Positions 20,785 to 30,772 of a stretch of 64,000 nt of DNA are shown here, piece after piece. Each line of letters begins with the position of its first letter. The first letter of the stretch is position 1. The notes beneath the pieces were generated by a model. It was not told the DNA's origin. It did no database searches and saw only the letters and a list, made by a program, of their open reading frames with translations. This stretch comes from Gemmatimonadaceae bacterium (GTDB taxonomy: Bacteria > Gemmatimonadota > Gemmatimonadetes > Gemmatimonadales > Gemmatimonadaceae): assembly GCA_045803545.1 (NCBI GenBank), contig JBJMOW010000005.1, forward strand, positions 352,001 to 416,000, written 5' to 3'. The translations under genes and the position numbers were made by a program.

Positions 20785-22619
20785 TCGCCGGTGAGTCCGT
20801 CGAGCCAGGCGCGGAATTTTGCGACGTCTTCTTCTGATTCCTGCGCCTGCGGCAGTCGCGGATTGACGCGCGGCGTCGGCATCGGTGGCGTCGGCGGCGT
20901 CGTGCGCGCGCCCGGAGTTCCGCTGAATGCTCCCGCCAATCGCGCTGCAGCACGGCTATCCGCGGGATTTACCTGCGCCCCGGCGAAGACGGCGTCGAGT
21001 GATGCACCCGCGGCGGCGCCACCCATGTCTGCGGGCGCACTGGGCGACGCGGACATTGGTGGGACTTCGGCGCTGCTCGGCGCCGCATTCATTGCGCTAC
21101 TACTGCCATAGTTCGCGCTGTTGCCGCCGCGGCCTGATGTCGTCGCTCCCGCGCGAGCCGGGCGACGCCTCCCCAGCGTTGCGAAGAATTCCTTGATCGA
21201 CGGCTGACGAGCGGCGATTCCTTCCGGCTCAGCGCGCGGTTCCTCGCGCGCCGGACTCTCGATCGATTCACGATGACGCGACGGTGGTGCGCCTGGAGGC
21301 GAGTCGATCGGCGTGCGGTCGTAGCCCGGAGCTTCCTCCGACTCCGATCCTCGAGAAGGAGTTGGAGCCTCGATGGATGGCGAGCGAGGCGCGGGGGTCG
21401 GTGGAACGGCTGGCTCGCCCGGATGCGCGGCGCGATCAGCGGCCTCGATCTCGGCGATCTTGTCTTTCAGTCCCTGGTCGTTCGGTCGCGACGCGCTGAG
21501 CTGGTAATAAACCTTGAGCGCGAGCTGGCGAAATCCCTGCTGCAGATAGAGCTGCGCCATCGTCTCGTTGACGAACGGCTCCGGCGATGGGCCGGAGAAC
21601 ATTCGATCTTCCTTGCGAGATTCGACTCGCTCATGCACGTGCGCACCCGGCGGCGGCGTCCAGGTATCGAGCGCGTCTTCGTCGTCCGAGCGGGAGCCGC
21701 GGGTGCCGGCCAGCGGAGATTCTACTGGCTTCCCCTTGAGACCTTCGGCGCCCGCCGGCTCTGGTTCCGGCGCACCACCGCTCAGGCCCTCTGCCCCTGC
21801 CGTCGCTGGTTCGACGACACTGTGTACGCCCTCGAGGCCCGTGGCGGGTGTCGGAATCGAGCTCTTGAGTCCTTCCGCCCCCAGACCGACGCCAAGTTCT
21901 TCTGCGCTTAGCTCGCTCCGGTCAGCAGGCGTCTCTGCTCCGGGTTCGGCCGACGCCGCGGGAGCCGATTCTGATTCGACAGGGTAGTGCCGCTCGAGAC
22001 CCTCGATCGCGGACACCGGCGTTGGAGCTTCGAGCGCAGCTGGTTCGGGCGCCCCGGGTTCCTGTGCAACCGGTTCGGGGGTTGCTGCTTCGGAAGCCGC
22101 AGCCGTGTGTGACTCAGCGCCAATTGCATTCCCTTCCGCATCGGCGATGAAAGGGATCGGCTGGTCACCGGCATCAGTATCGACACCCGGAATGACTTCC
22201 GCTGTCGGTGTGACTGCTTCGGCCGACGCATCGATCTCCGCGACCAGTGTTACAACCGCCGTATCCTTTGGATCTGCATCGAGCAGTCGCATGTACCAGC
22301 TGCGCGCCTGGACCGTGTCGCCGCTCTGGAGCGACATGTCGCCAAGCGTTCTCAGCGCGATGAGATTTTCCGGGTCGAGAGTGAGCGCGCGCTCGAACAC
22401 CTGTCGCGCCTCATCGAATTCGCCGGCCTCGTACAGCGCCTGACCGAACACGATCTGTCCGCTCATGTGTCCCGGCATCTGCGCCAGCTGAGCGCGACAA
22501 ATCTCGATTGCGCGCCTCGGCTGACCGCCCTTGCGATACTCGTTGGCGAGTGGCGCGAAGTAGCGGCGGGGATTCTCTTCGAATTTTTCCTGTAACTCTC
22601 TTAACCGATCGTAATCCAT
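20781..22619 (-). CDS. TPR protein with long Pro/Ala/Glu-rich linker
   Basis: N-terminal TPRs (FAPLANEYRK), ETMAQLYLQQG, C-terminal helix FRAWLDGL; ATG 22619 preferred. Confidence 0.8.
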   Translation of the reverse strand: MDYDRLRELQEKFEENPRRYFAPLANEYRKGGQPRRAIEICRAQLAQMPGHMSGQIVFGQALYEAGEFDEARQVFERALTLDPENLIALRTLGDMSLQSGDTVQARSWYMRLLDADPKDTAVVTLVAEIDASAEAVTPTAEVIPGVDTDAGDQPIPFIADAEGNAIGAESHTAAASEAATPEPVAQEPGAPEPAALEAPTPVSAIEGLERHYPVESESAPAASAEPGAETPADRSELSAEELGVGLGAEGLKSSIPTPATGLEGVHSVVEPATAGAEGLSGGAPEPEPAGAEGLKGKPVESPLAGTRGSRSDDEDALDTWTPPPGAHVHERVESRKEDRMFSGPSPEPFVNETMAQLYLQQGFRQLALKVYYQLSASRPNDQGLKDKIAEIEAADRAAHPGEPAVPPTPAPRSPSIEAPTPSRGSESEEAPGYDRTPIDSPPGAPPSRHRESIESPAREEPRAEPEGIAARQPSIKEFFATLGRRRPARAGATTSGRGGNSANYGSSSAMNAAPSSAEVPPMSASPSAPADMGGAAAGASLDAVFAGAQVNPADSRAAARLAGAFSGTPGARTTPPTPPMPTPRVNPRLPQAQESEEDVAKFRAWLDGLTGE

Positions 22620-22812
22620 CGCCTTTTGGTGCCTATCTTTCGCGAACTCCCGTTTCACGCTCAGTTGCGGAAGCGAGAAAGATGCATCATTCCGGTCTTT
22701 AGCGCGACTTGCATCTAACTCACTCAAACCCGTATCATACAAGGCTATACGCCTTTTCGCCCTCGCGCACCGAGGGGTTTTTCAAAACGAGTAGGGGGCC
22801 GAAGCCCAGTCC

Positions 22813-22842
22813 CGCTTCCCGCCTCCCTCCTCCCGCTTCCCG
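22813..22842. repeat. Heptamer array x4 upstream of surA/ppiD
   Basis: cgcttcc cgcctcc ctcctcc cgcttcc. Confidence 0.75.
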
Positions 22843-22859
22843 AATTCAGGAGTAGTGCC

Positions 22860-24689
22860 TTGCTGCAAGCGATGCGGGCCTCCGCAAAATACATCTGGAT
22901 AATCATCGTCGTTCTCTTCGTCGGCGGGTTCCTTCTCGCCGAGACGTCGGGCTTGCTCGGTCGAGCGCCAGTGACGTCGACCACTGCGGTCGCCAGCGTC
23001 AACGGCCAGGACATTCTCGCGACAACCTGGTACCAGGCAACACAAAATCTCGAGCAGGAAGCCATCCAGCGCAGCAGTCAAAGCATCTCGCTCGACGAGA
23101 GACAGCGATTGATGGATCAGGCGTACGACCAGCTCGTGACCGACGCCCTCCTCCAACAGGAGTACAAGCACCGCGGTATCACAGTTACAGACGATGAAAT
23201 ACTCCAGGCGGCACGCTACGCCCCGCCGCCTGGTCTGATGCAAGCTCCTGACTTGCAGACCGATGGACGCTTCGATCCGCAGAAGTATCAGCGCTTCCTC
23301 GCCAGTCCGCTCGCCAAGCAGCAGGGTCTCCTCTATCAGCTCGAGGCGTACTATCGGACGGAAATTCCAAAAGAGAAGCTGTTCGATCAGATCGCCAGCG
23401 ATGTCTACGTCACCGACGAGCAGTTGTGGCGGCGATACAAGGATACTAACGATTCCGCGCGCGTGTCCCTGGTCGCGTTCGAGCCGGATCGGATCTCGGA
23501 TTCCGCGGTGCGGGTAAGCGACGACGAGATTCGCTCGTACTACGACACCCACAAGAAGCAGTTCGATCGGCCAGGCAGCGCCAAGGTTTCCATTTTGACT
23601 ATCCCGCGCTCGGTGACGGCCGCGGATTCGGCAGCCGTGCGCAACCACGCCCTCGCAGTGAGGGCGAGAATCGTCGGGGGCGAGAAGTTCGAGGACATCG
23701 CGAAAGCTGAATCGGCTGATTCCGGTAGCGCGGCAAACGGTGGTGCACTCGGCACCAATGCGAAGGGACGTTTCGTCGCGCCCTTCGAGGCAGCGCTCGC
23801 TGCGCTCAAGCCGGGTGAGCTGTCACAACCGGTGCTTTCACCGTTTGGCTATCACCTGATTCGCCTTGACGGCAGAAAGGGCGACAGCACCACGGCGCAT
23901 CACATTCTCTTCCGCATTCAACAAAGCGATTCGGCGGCTACTCGCACCGATCGCCGCGCCGATTCACTGTCGCGCATTGCCGCGTCGACCGATCAGCCTG
24001 CGAAGTTCGACGAGGCCGCGCGCACGCTGCAGATCCCGATTCTGAGAGCGCCGGTGATCGAAGGGAATCCGTTGACGATAAACGGGCAATTCATTCCGAG
24101 CGTCGGCCCCTGGGCATTCGAGGGCGCGCGCCCCGGCGAGACGAGCGAGCTCTTCGACGCCGAGGACGGATACTATCTGGCGAGACTCGATTCGCTAACG
24201 CCGGGCGGAACGCAATCGCTCGACGACGCGAAGCGTGACATTCGCCAGTACTTGGCGCGACAGAAAAAGATCGACGCGCTGCTGCCGCAGGCAACGAACT
24301 TTGCCAAGGTCGCTGCTGCCGGTACTCTGGAGGGAGCGTCGAAGCTGATGAACATGCAGGTGGTGAGCACGAAGTTCTTCACGCGCGTCACCGGAACACC
24401 GGAGCTGGCGCAGGCGCCGGAAGCTGTCGGTGCCGCGTACTCGCTGCCGCTCAACACCGTGAGCCAGCCCATTCGCGCAATGAACGAAGTGGTGATCGAG
24501 CGTGTCGACGCGCGCGTGCTGGCCGACAGCGCTGCGTTTGAAAAGCAGAAAGGACAGCTGCGCGCTCAGGCGCTACAGCAACTTCGCCGACAGAGGGTGA
24601 CTGACTACCTGACCAATCTCAAAGCTGCGGCGAAGATCGATGACCGGCGGAAGTCGATTGAGGCTTCGACGCGAAGGGCGACGCAGTAA
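22860..24689 (+). CDS. SurA/PpiD-like peptidylprolyl isomerase
   Basis: N-terminal TM, SurA-N domain, parvulin motifs FEDIAKAES.D.GSAANGG and SPFGYHLI; AGGAG RBS. Confidence 0.88.
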   Translation: MLQAMRASAKYIWIIIVVLFVGGFLLAETSGLLGRAPVTSTTAVASVNGQDILATTWYQATQNLEQEAIQRSSQSISLDERQRLMDQAYDQLVTDALLQQEYKHRGITVTDDEILQAARYAPPPGLMQAPDLQTDGRFDPQKYQRFLASPLAKQQGLLYQLEAYYRTEIPKEKLFDQIASDVYVTDEQLWRRYKDTNDSARVSLVAFEPDRISDSAVRVSDDEIRSYYDTHKKQFDRPGSAKVSILTIPRSVTAADSAAVRNHALAVRARIVGGEKFEDIAKAESADSGSAANGGALGTNAKGRFVAPFEAALAALKPGELSQPVLSPFGYHLIRLDGRKGDSTTAHHILFRIQQSDSAATRTDRRADSLSRIAASTDQPAKFDEAARTLQIPILRAPVIEGNPLTINGQFIPSVGPWAFEGARPGETSELFDAEDGYYLARLDSLTPGGTQSLDDAKRDIRQYLARQKKIDALLPQATNFAKVAAAGTLEGASKLMNMQVVSTKFFTRVTGTPELAQAPEAVGAAYSLPLNTVSQPIRAMNEVVIERVDARVLADSAAFEKQKGQLRAQALQQLRRQRVTDYLTNLKAAAKIDDRRKSIEASTRRATQ

Positions 24690-24701
24690 CTCCGTGACTG
24701 C

Positions 24702-24868
24702 GGACTGGAACTGAAAAAAAGGTAGGCAGTCGGCAGAAGCGCTGGGTGGAGTTAACAGCGTATGGTCGTAGTCGTATGGCGCTCGCCGCTACGAATGCCA
24801 CGAACGACGCTGCGAACTCCCAACTGCGCCACTCTGCTGACTCCCTACCTTTTTTTCCGTTCCAGTCC
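24702..24868. repeat. Long imperfect hairpin, family B copy 2 (may also terminate convergent genes)
   Basis: ggactggaac and aaaaaaaggtagg pair with cctaccttttttt and gttccagtcc. Confidence 0.8.
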
Positions 24869-24880
24869 TCAATCCTTCTG

Positions 24881-25135
24881 CTACAAGAGCCTCTTGGGCG
24901 TCCTCTCGCTCTCATCGACCGTGCGCTGTCTCTCGATGTCAGGAGAGGTCAGGCGGTTCGAGGTATCTGACGTCTCTGACGTCACCTCGCGCGTGGCATC
25001 GTTGATGTTCTTCTTGAACTCACGAATTCCCTTCCCCATCGAGCCGGCGATCTCGGGGATCCGCTTCGCACCGAAGAGAAGCAGGATGACCACCATGATG
25101 ATGACGAGCTCGGGAAAGCCAAGATTACCGAACAT
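24881..25135 (-). CDS. tatA: Twin-arginine translocase TatA/E
   Basis: ELVIIMVVILLLFGAKRIPE...GKGIREFKK. Confidence 0.95.
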   Translation of the reverse strand: MFGNLGFPELVIIMVVILLLFGAKRIPEIAGSMGKGIREFKKNINDATREVTSETSDTSNRLTSPDIERQRTVDESERTPKRLL

Positions 25136-25143
25136 ATAGACTC

Positions 25144-25434
25144 CTAGAAGAGCGAACGCGCGATCAGATAAGCGACCACTACACCCAACAGACTCAAAAG
25201 TGACACATCCAGCGCGATTGGGCCAAGGGCAAATTTGAGAATAATCAAATCGACAGGCAGGGGGCCGATCGCCGGCGTCACTCCGGTCGTGAAAAACTCC
25301 TTGGCCGCGCCCGGGGGCAGGAAACGGCGCCCGACCTGGGTCAATAGCCCGCCGATTACAAAACCGGAGGCCAGCACCAGGGCATGAAACATCGACCCGC
25401 GCCGGTTGTGTCGGCGCGGTGGTGTCGGTGGCAT
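25144..25434 (-). CDS. Small membrane protein (DUF4321-like)
   Basis: Two hydrophobic segments; start coupled to upstream stop. Confidence 0.65.
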   Translation of the reverse strand: MPPTPPRRHNRRGSMFHALVLASGFVIGGLLTQVGRRFLPPGAAKEFFTTGVTPAIGPLPVDLIILKFALGPIALDVSLLSLLGVVVAYLIARSLF

Positions 25435-26489
25435 TACGAGTGTCTCTCCATGACGTACGAAATTGATGCTGACAGTGACTGCCGCGCTACGGTGTCCGGC
25501 AACTCGCCGAGCGCATCGTGCGCTTTCTCAGCGAACTCCTCGCCACACTGGCGAGCGAACTCGAAACCGCCGTTGTCACCCACGATCCCGACAACTGAAG
25601 CAATCTCCTCGTCCGTGGCGTTGTCCTTTGCGAACAGCCTCTCGACCTCGCCCCTCGCAGCAGACGACATTCGACGCAGCGCATGGATCAATGGCAACGT
25701 CACCTTGTGCTCGCGGAGGTCGAGGCCCGACGGCTTGCCGGTCGTCTCCTTCTCCTCGCGGTAATCGAGTAAGTCGTCTGTAATCTGGAACGCCATCCCC
25801 AGGTTCTCGCCGTAGGCGCCCAGTTGATCGACGTAATGTCGCGCGCCCGAGATCGCGCCCAGCTCGCACGCCGCGCGCATCAACGACGCGGTCTTCGACT
25901 TGATGAGTGCGTAATACTCGTCTTCGCTGAAGCGCAGTGGATCGCTCACACCTAGCTGGCGCATCTCGCCAAGCGTCATCTCCGTCGATGCACGCGTCAG
26001 CGCCTGCAGCGCCTCGAGGCTGCCGAGGCTCACGAGATGTGTCAGTGCGGTCGAGTACAGAAAATCACCCATGATCACCGAGATCTGGTGACTGAACAAC
26101 GCGTTCACTGTCGGCATCCCGCGCCGCAGCGCCGAGTGATCGACAGCGTCGTCGTGCACCAGCGTCGCGAGATGGATCAGCTCCAGCGAAGCGGCGAGCG
26201 AGACGGCACGATCCTCCGCTTTGCCTTCGACGTCGCTCGACAGCAACAACAGCGTCGGACGAAACAGCTTGCCGCGCATCGCCAGCAGATGCGCGCTGAC
26301 TTCGCCGACGAGCGGCATCTCGCTGGCGACGATGCTCCCCATCGCCCGCGATACCGCGTCCAGCTTCTCTCTGATTGGCCGTTGAATCGCGCTGAGGCTG
26401 ACTCCGCGCGGTGCGTCTACGTTCACGCTTTCAATATCTGTTGTCAGCGCCTTCGGTGTCAGTCCTTGAAAAGGCGCACCCGATGTCAC
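25434..26489 (-). CDS. Polyprenyl diphosphate synthase
   Basis: GKLFRP, HDDAVD, RRG, FQITDDLLD, GKPSGLDLREHKVTLP. Confidence 0.95.
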   Translation of the reverse strand: MTSGAPFQGLTPKALTTDIESVNVDAPRGVSLSAIQRPIREKLDAVSRAMGSIVASEMPLVGEVSAHLLAMRGKLFRPTLLLLSSDVEGKAEDRAVSLAASLELIHLATLVHDDAVDHSALRRGMPTVNALFSHQISVIMGDFLYSTALTHLVSLGSLEALQALTRASTEMTLGEMRQLGVSDPLRFSEDEYYALIKSKTASLMRAACELGAISGARHYVDQLGAYGENLGMAFQITDDLLDYREEKETTGKPSGLDLREHKVTLPLIHALRRMSSAARGEVERLFAKDNATDEEIASVVGIVGDNGGFEFARQCGEEFAEKAHDALGELPDTVARQSLSASISYVMERHS

Positions 26490-28822
26490 TTCGCGGCAGC
26501 CTTGGCCATCTGCTTGAGCCGCTTGCTCACATCGCGGAAATCGATGTCGATCGCGAACACCCGCTGGTAATACGCAGCAGCGTCACGCGGCTTCTTGCTC
26601 CCTTCAGAAGCAAAACCGAGCAGGTAGAGAACTCCGATCAGATCCTCGTCCTCCATACCCTGCTCGCGCAGCGCGCGCCCGAGGACGGTGATCGCCGTCT
26701 CGTTGTCGTTGCGATCGATGAAGCATTGGCCAAGTGCCTCATAGGCGCGTATGCGATGAGTCGCCCCGCGCAGCGCCTTCTGGAACTCGGCGATCGCTTC
26801 GTCGATCAAGCCCATTTCCTTGTAGGCGATGCCGAGGTCGTAGTGACTGTCGAAATCCTCATCGTCGACGTTCGCCGCGACACCAGCCTTGAACTTCTCG
26901 AGCATGTCGGTGAAGTCTGCCTGCTCGCCCTCTGCGCGATTGTGGTCTTCCTCTGCAACCATGCGATAGGAGCGCGGACCTCGATCCTCGCGCAGCCAAT
27001 CGCCAAGATCGACGAAATGCTCGTCGGGGCGCGGTGCACTCTTGTTCTCCTTGGGAGTCGCCGCGCGCGGAACTTCCGCCGGCGGTGTCGAAACGCGCTG
27101 ACCTGATTTCGGCGAGGGTGCTTTTGGTTTTCCCTTAGGCTTCATGAAGGGATTGATTCCCTGCCGCTGCCCACTCTGCGCAGGAGGTGGTGGCGCTTCG
27201 TCGCGCACCGGTGTCTTGGGCTTCTTCTTCGGGCGAGTGATGCGCAGCGGTGACGCGGCCAGCTTCGGCTTGGCCTTCGCGGCTGGCGCCTCTTCCTCGA
27301 GTTCCTCGCTCTCCTCTTCTTCCTCGATCTCCTCGGGCTCCTCCTCATCGACTGGCGGAGGCGGACGACGCTCGGCACGCTGCGGCTCGCGCAGCGGTGT
27401 CTTGGCCGCGGGTCTCGGCGCTGGACGCGCAGGCGCTGGTGGACGAACCGGCTCGGGCTCCGCTTCCTGTTCCGGCAGTTCGTCGCGAACCACTACTTCA
27501 TCGGGAAGTCCGGGCTCATCGATTTGAAAATCGAGGGTGTCGATTTCATCATGCGCCTCCGCGGGCGGCGCTTCCGCGACCGGCTCTGGCGCGAGCTTCG
27601 CGGATGCTTGTTCATGGGCGCTGAAGCGATCGTCCTCCAGCACGCTCAGACCGGCGAGAGGATCCTCGGTGCTGAGAGGCTCGCCGAGGCCGGGCTCGGC
27701 CGGATCCGACCTGAGCGGGTCTTGATCGCTAAGGCTCAAGCCGCTGTCAGCGGAAATGAGGCCTTCAATCCCACTGCCGCCGCCCGACTCCGCATCAGTT
27801 GCAAACGCCGATGCATCCGCCTGCGACTCCAAACCCTCGAGGGGAGACACGTCGACATCGCTCACACTCAAATCGAACGCGGGCTCAATCGCCGGTTCCT
27901 CGAGCCCAAGGGGCTCTTCCGCCGCAGCAGGCTCTTCTGGGGGCGCGAATTCTTCGGCGAGTGAGGTCGACTCGATTTCGAGGTGCGGAATCTCCACGAC
28001 CGCGGAAGGATCTTCGAACTCCGGGATCGCCTCGAACACTGGATCGGGCTGCACATGCGTCGGAGTCTTGGGCCGCGCGGGTGGCTCCGCAGGACGGGGA
28101 CGTTGTGCTTCGACTTTCGGCCTTGGCTTTGTTGGTGACCCGCCGACGTCGAGAAAAACGAGGCCACCCGAATCGCGACTCACCGGCGTCTTGGAGCGGC
28201 GCGGCTCCACAGCAGGATCGAGGCTGCGCATGCGCTCGATGGTCGCTTCCGCTTCAGCGGTGCGACCTTCGGCGTCGAGCGTTTCATGGAGGATCTGCAG
28301 CTGCTCGATTGCTTCTACGTTCTTACCGGCCTTGGCCAGCTGGTCGGCGAGCATCAGCCGAATGTCGTCCTGACCCGGACAGAGATCGGCGAATTCCTGA
28401 AGTGCTCTGAACGCGTCGGTGTCCTTGCCGGCGCGGTGCATTCGATCGGCGTACTCGAGGAAGTTTTTCTTGGCGTCGCTGTTGAAGCCTTTCTTGGCCG
28501 AGATCTTACCGAGCTTGTAGTAGATCTGGTGGCGCGCCGGCGCGTGGCGGAGAATCTTGTTGCAGAGGGCGATGGCGTTGTTGAGATATCCGCCTTCGGT
28601 ATAGAGATCGACCGCCTGCTCGTAATAGTTGACGGCCTGGTCGGTCTTGTTCAGTCGAAGATAAAGATCGCCGACCCGGTTAAAGACCGTAACGTCTTTT
28701 TCCTCGTTCGCCTGCGCCTCGGCGTGCCCAATGATCTGCAGGTAGACCTCGAGGGCCTTGTCGAACTGCTTCTTCTGCTCGAACTCTGCAGCTTTCTTTT
28801 TAAGCTTTTCGACGTTGGACAT
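26486..28822 (-). CDS. Large TPR protein with acidic/Pro linker and conserved-looking C-terminal TPRs
   Basis: N-terminal TPRs; C-terminal SHYDLGIAYKEMGLIDEAIAEFQ and IDFRDV. Confidence 0.85.
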   Translation of the reverse strand: MSNVEKLKKKAAEFEQKKQFDKALEVYLQIIGHAEAQANEEKDVTVFNRVGDLYLRLNKTDQAVNYYEQAVDLYTEGGYLNNAIALCNKILRHAPARHQIYYKLGKISAKKGFNSDAKKNFLEYADRMHRAGKDTDAFRALQEFADLCPGQDDIRLMLADQLAKAGKNVEAIEQLQILHETLDAEGRTAEAEATIERMRSLDPAVEPRRSKTPVSRDSGGLVFLDVGGSPTKPRPKVEAQRPRPAEPPARPKTPTHVQPDPVFEAIPEFEDPSAVVEIPHLEIESTSLAEEFAPPEEPAAAEEPLGLEEPAIEPAFDLSVSDVDVSPLEGLESQADASAFATDAESGGGSGIEGLISADSGLSLSDQDPLRSDPAEPGLGEPLSTEDPLAGLSVLEDDRFSAHEQASAKLAPEPVAEAPPAEAHDEIDTLDFQIDEPGLPDEVVVRDELPEQEAEPEPVRPPAPARPAPRPAAKTPLREPQRAERRPPPPVDEEEPEEIEEEEESEELEEEAPAAKAKPKLAASPLRITRPKKKPKTPVRDEAPPPPAQSGQRQGINPFMKPKGKPKAPSPKSGQRVSTPPAEVPRAATPKENKSAPRPDEHFVDLGDWLREDRGPRSYRMVAEEDHNRAEGEQADFTDMLEKFKAGVAANVDDEDFDSHYDLGIAYKEMGLIDEAIAEFQKALRGATHRIRAYEALGQCFIDRNDNETAITVLGRALREQGMEDEDLIGVLYLLGFASEGSKKPRDAAAYYQRVFAIDIDFRDVSKRLKQMAKAAAK

Positions 28823-28847
28823 TTATAGGGGCAGCCCGGGCAACGAA

Positions 28848-30164
28848 TTACCCGGTAGGCACAACCTCCGGGGGACGAGCGTTCAAATTAGTTACGCTTT
28901 CGTAGGGGTGACAAGGCGCGCCAGCCTTCCAACTCCCCACACAAAGACGTGCCCCGTACCAGTATGGCAACTCACGAACATCTGTGATCGAAAAGAGCGC
29001 CAGGTCGGCTGAAAACCCCGGTGCAATCTGGCCAATTTCCCCTGCAAGCCCGAGCGCCGCCGCGCCGTTGACCGTGCTGGCGATCAGCGCTTCACCCAAG
29101 CTCATGCGCAGCTGGCTGACGCCGAGAGTCATGATCAGCGGAAAATTGACGGTTGGAGATGTGCCAGGATTGAAATCGGTCGCCAAGGCGACGGCAGCGC
29201 CAGCATCGATCAGCTCGCGCGCAGGGCCCTGCTTCGACTTGCCCAGGAAAAGCATGGTTCCCGGCAGCAGCGTAGCCACGGTGTCGGACTTCGCGAGCGC
29301 AGCCATCCCCTGGTGTGAGACCGCCGCCAAATGATCAGCGGAAGTCGCCTTCAGTTCGACCGCTAGCTCGGCGCCTCCTGACGCCTTGAGCTCGTCGGCG
29401 TGGAGCTTGAGACCGAGACCCGCTTTCCGTGCAGCGCTGAGAATGCGACGCGTTTCATCGATGGTGAACACGCCCGGCTCGCAAAAGACATCGGCGAATC
29501 GCGCGACGCGCTGCTCAACAACTCGCGGCAACTGGACGTCGACGAGGGCATCGATGAATTTCTCCCGCTGCGACGCATCGGACCGATACTCGTGCGGAAT
29601 TTCGTGAGCGCCGAGCCAGGTGGCGACGATGCGGAGCGGCTGTCGCTCGGCGAGCCGGCCGATGACGGCGAGCGCTTTGAGCTCGTCGTCGGTGCTCAGT
29701 CCGTAACCGCTCTTGATCTCGACGGTGGTGGTGCCATACGACGCAAGCTCCCGCAGCCGCTGCACCGCCATCGCGTACAGCTCCTCTTCGGCGCGCGCGC
29801 GAAAATCGCGCACGGATGCGTGGATGCCGCCGCCGCGACTCGCGATCTCCATGTAGTCGAGCCCCGCCGCTCGCTGCTCGTGCTCCTCGAACCGCGCTTT
29901 GCCAAACACTGCGTGGGTGTGGGAGTCGACGAGCCCCGGCGTGAGCACGCCACCTTTGCAGTCGATGACCTCCGCATCAGCGTACGCGTTCTTGAGGTCC
30001 GATGCCGCGCCGATCATCGCGATGCGGCCGTTGCTGACGGCGACAGCCGCGTTCTTGAGGATGCCGATTTCTTTCATTTCGGATCCGTGGCGGGCGCGCG
30101 CGGGACCGGCGCAGGTTATGAGCTGGGACGAGTTGATGAAGAGGAGGGGGCGTTCGGGCATCAC
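28848..30164 (-). CDS. hutI: Imidazolonepropionase
   Basis: PGLVDSHTH, GGGI..SV, EIKSGYGL, LHADEL, ATDFNPG. Confidence 0.96.
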   Translation of the reverse strand: MMPERPLLFINSSQLITCAGPARARHGSEMKEIGILKNAAVAVSNGRIAMIGAASDLKNAYADAEVIDCKGGVLTPGLVDSHTHAVFGKARFEEHEQRAAGLDYMEIASRGGGIHASVRDFRARAEEELYAMAVQRLRELASYGTTTVEIKSGYGLSTDDELKALAVIGRLAERQPLRIVATWLGAHEIPHEYRSDASQREKFIDALVDVQLPRVVEQRVARFADVFCEPGVFTIDETRRILSAARKAGLGLKLHADELKASGGAELAVELKATSADHLAAVSHQGMAALAKSDTVATLLPGTMLFLGKSKQGPARELIDAGAAVALATDFNPGTSPTVNFPLIMTLGVSQLRMSLGEALIASTVNGAAALGLAGEIGQIAPGFSADLALFSITDVRELPYWYGARLCVGSWKAGAPCHPYESVTNLNARPPEVVPTG

Positions 30165-30188
30165 CGTAAAGTACTGCGCACCGAGGAC

Positions 30189-30772
30189 AACGGCGCACTG
30201 CCTCGCTGAGCGCTTATCGCTGCACGCTTACCGCTGAGCGCTGCAAGCGACGGGACAGATTGCGAGTAAACCAAACAAACCCGCCTGACAGGAAACGATG
30301 TCTTGATCACGCTAAGACCGAGCAACCTCAGTCATGGCCGATCACAAGAAACTGCGAGTCTGGCGCATGGCCTACGCTCTAGCGCTGAACGCTGATCGCG
30401 TCGCTACCGAGATCCGAAATCCGGATCATAAAGCGTTACGCAGTCAGTTGAACCGCGCTGCGATGTCCATTTCGGCAAATATTGTCGAGGGAAGAGCAAA
30501 AAAGAGCGATCGGGATTTCGCACGCTTTCTCGGATACGCGCTTGGCTCCGCCGCGGAGCTAGAGCACCACACAATGATTGCGCGAGACGTCAAGGCGATT
30601 TCTGTAAGTGATTCTTCTGTCCTTCTCGCTGAGGTCGTGGAGGTTAAAAAGATGCTCCATGGTCTAATCAATCGACTCTCGGGGTGAGTAGCCCACTGCG
30701 ATTTGTCCCGTCGCTTGCAGCGCTCAGCGGTAAGCGTGCAGCGATAAGCGCTCAGCGAGGCAGTGCGCCGTT
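30189..30772. mobile_element. Candidate IVS-like cassette: four-helix-bundle gene within perfect 69-bp inverted repeats
   Basis: 30189-30257 is the exact reverse complement of 30704-30772; each arm has six CGCT-heptamers; mobility is inferred, no transposase or TSD seen. Confidence 0.65.
30334..30687 (+). CDS. Four helix bundle protein (23S rRNA IVS protein family)
   Basis: KLRVW, LRSQLNRAAMSISANIVEG, DFARFLGYALGSAAELE, KMLHGLI. Confidence 0.92.
   Translation: MADHKKLRVWRMAYALALNADRVATEIRNPDHKALRSQLNRAAMSISANIVEGRAKKSDRDFARFLGYALGSAAELEHHTMIARDVKAISVSDSSVLLAEVVEVKKMLHGLINRLSG

Noticed and set aside
30189..30772. Classical insertion sequence
   Set aside because: Enclosed protein has no DDE or HUH motif and no target-site duplication is evident.
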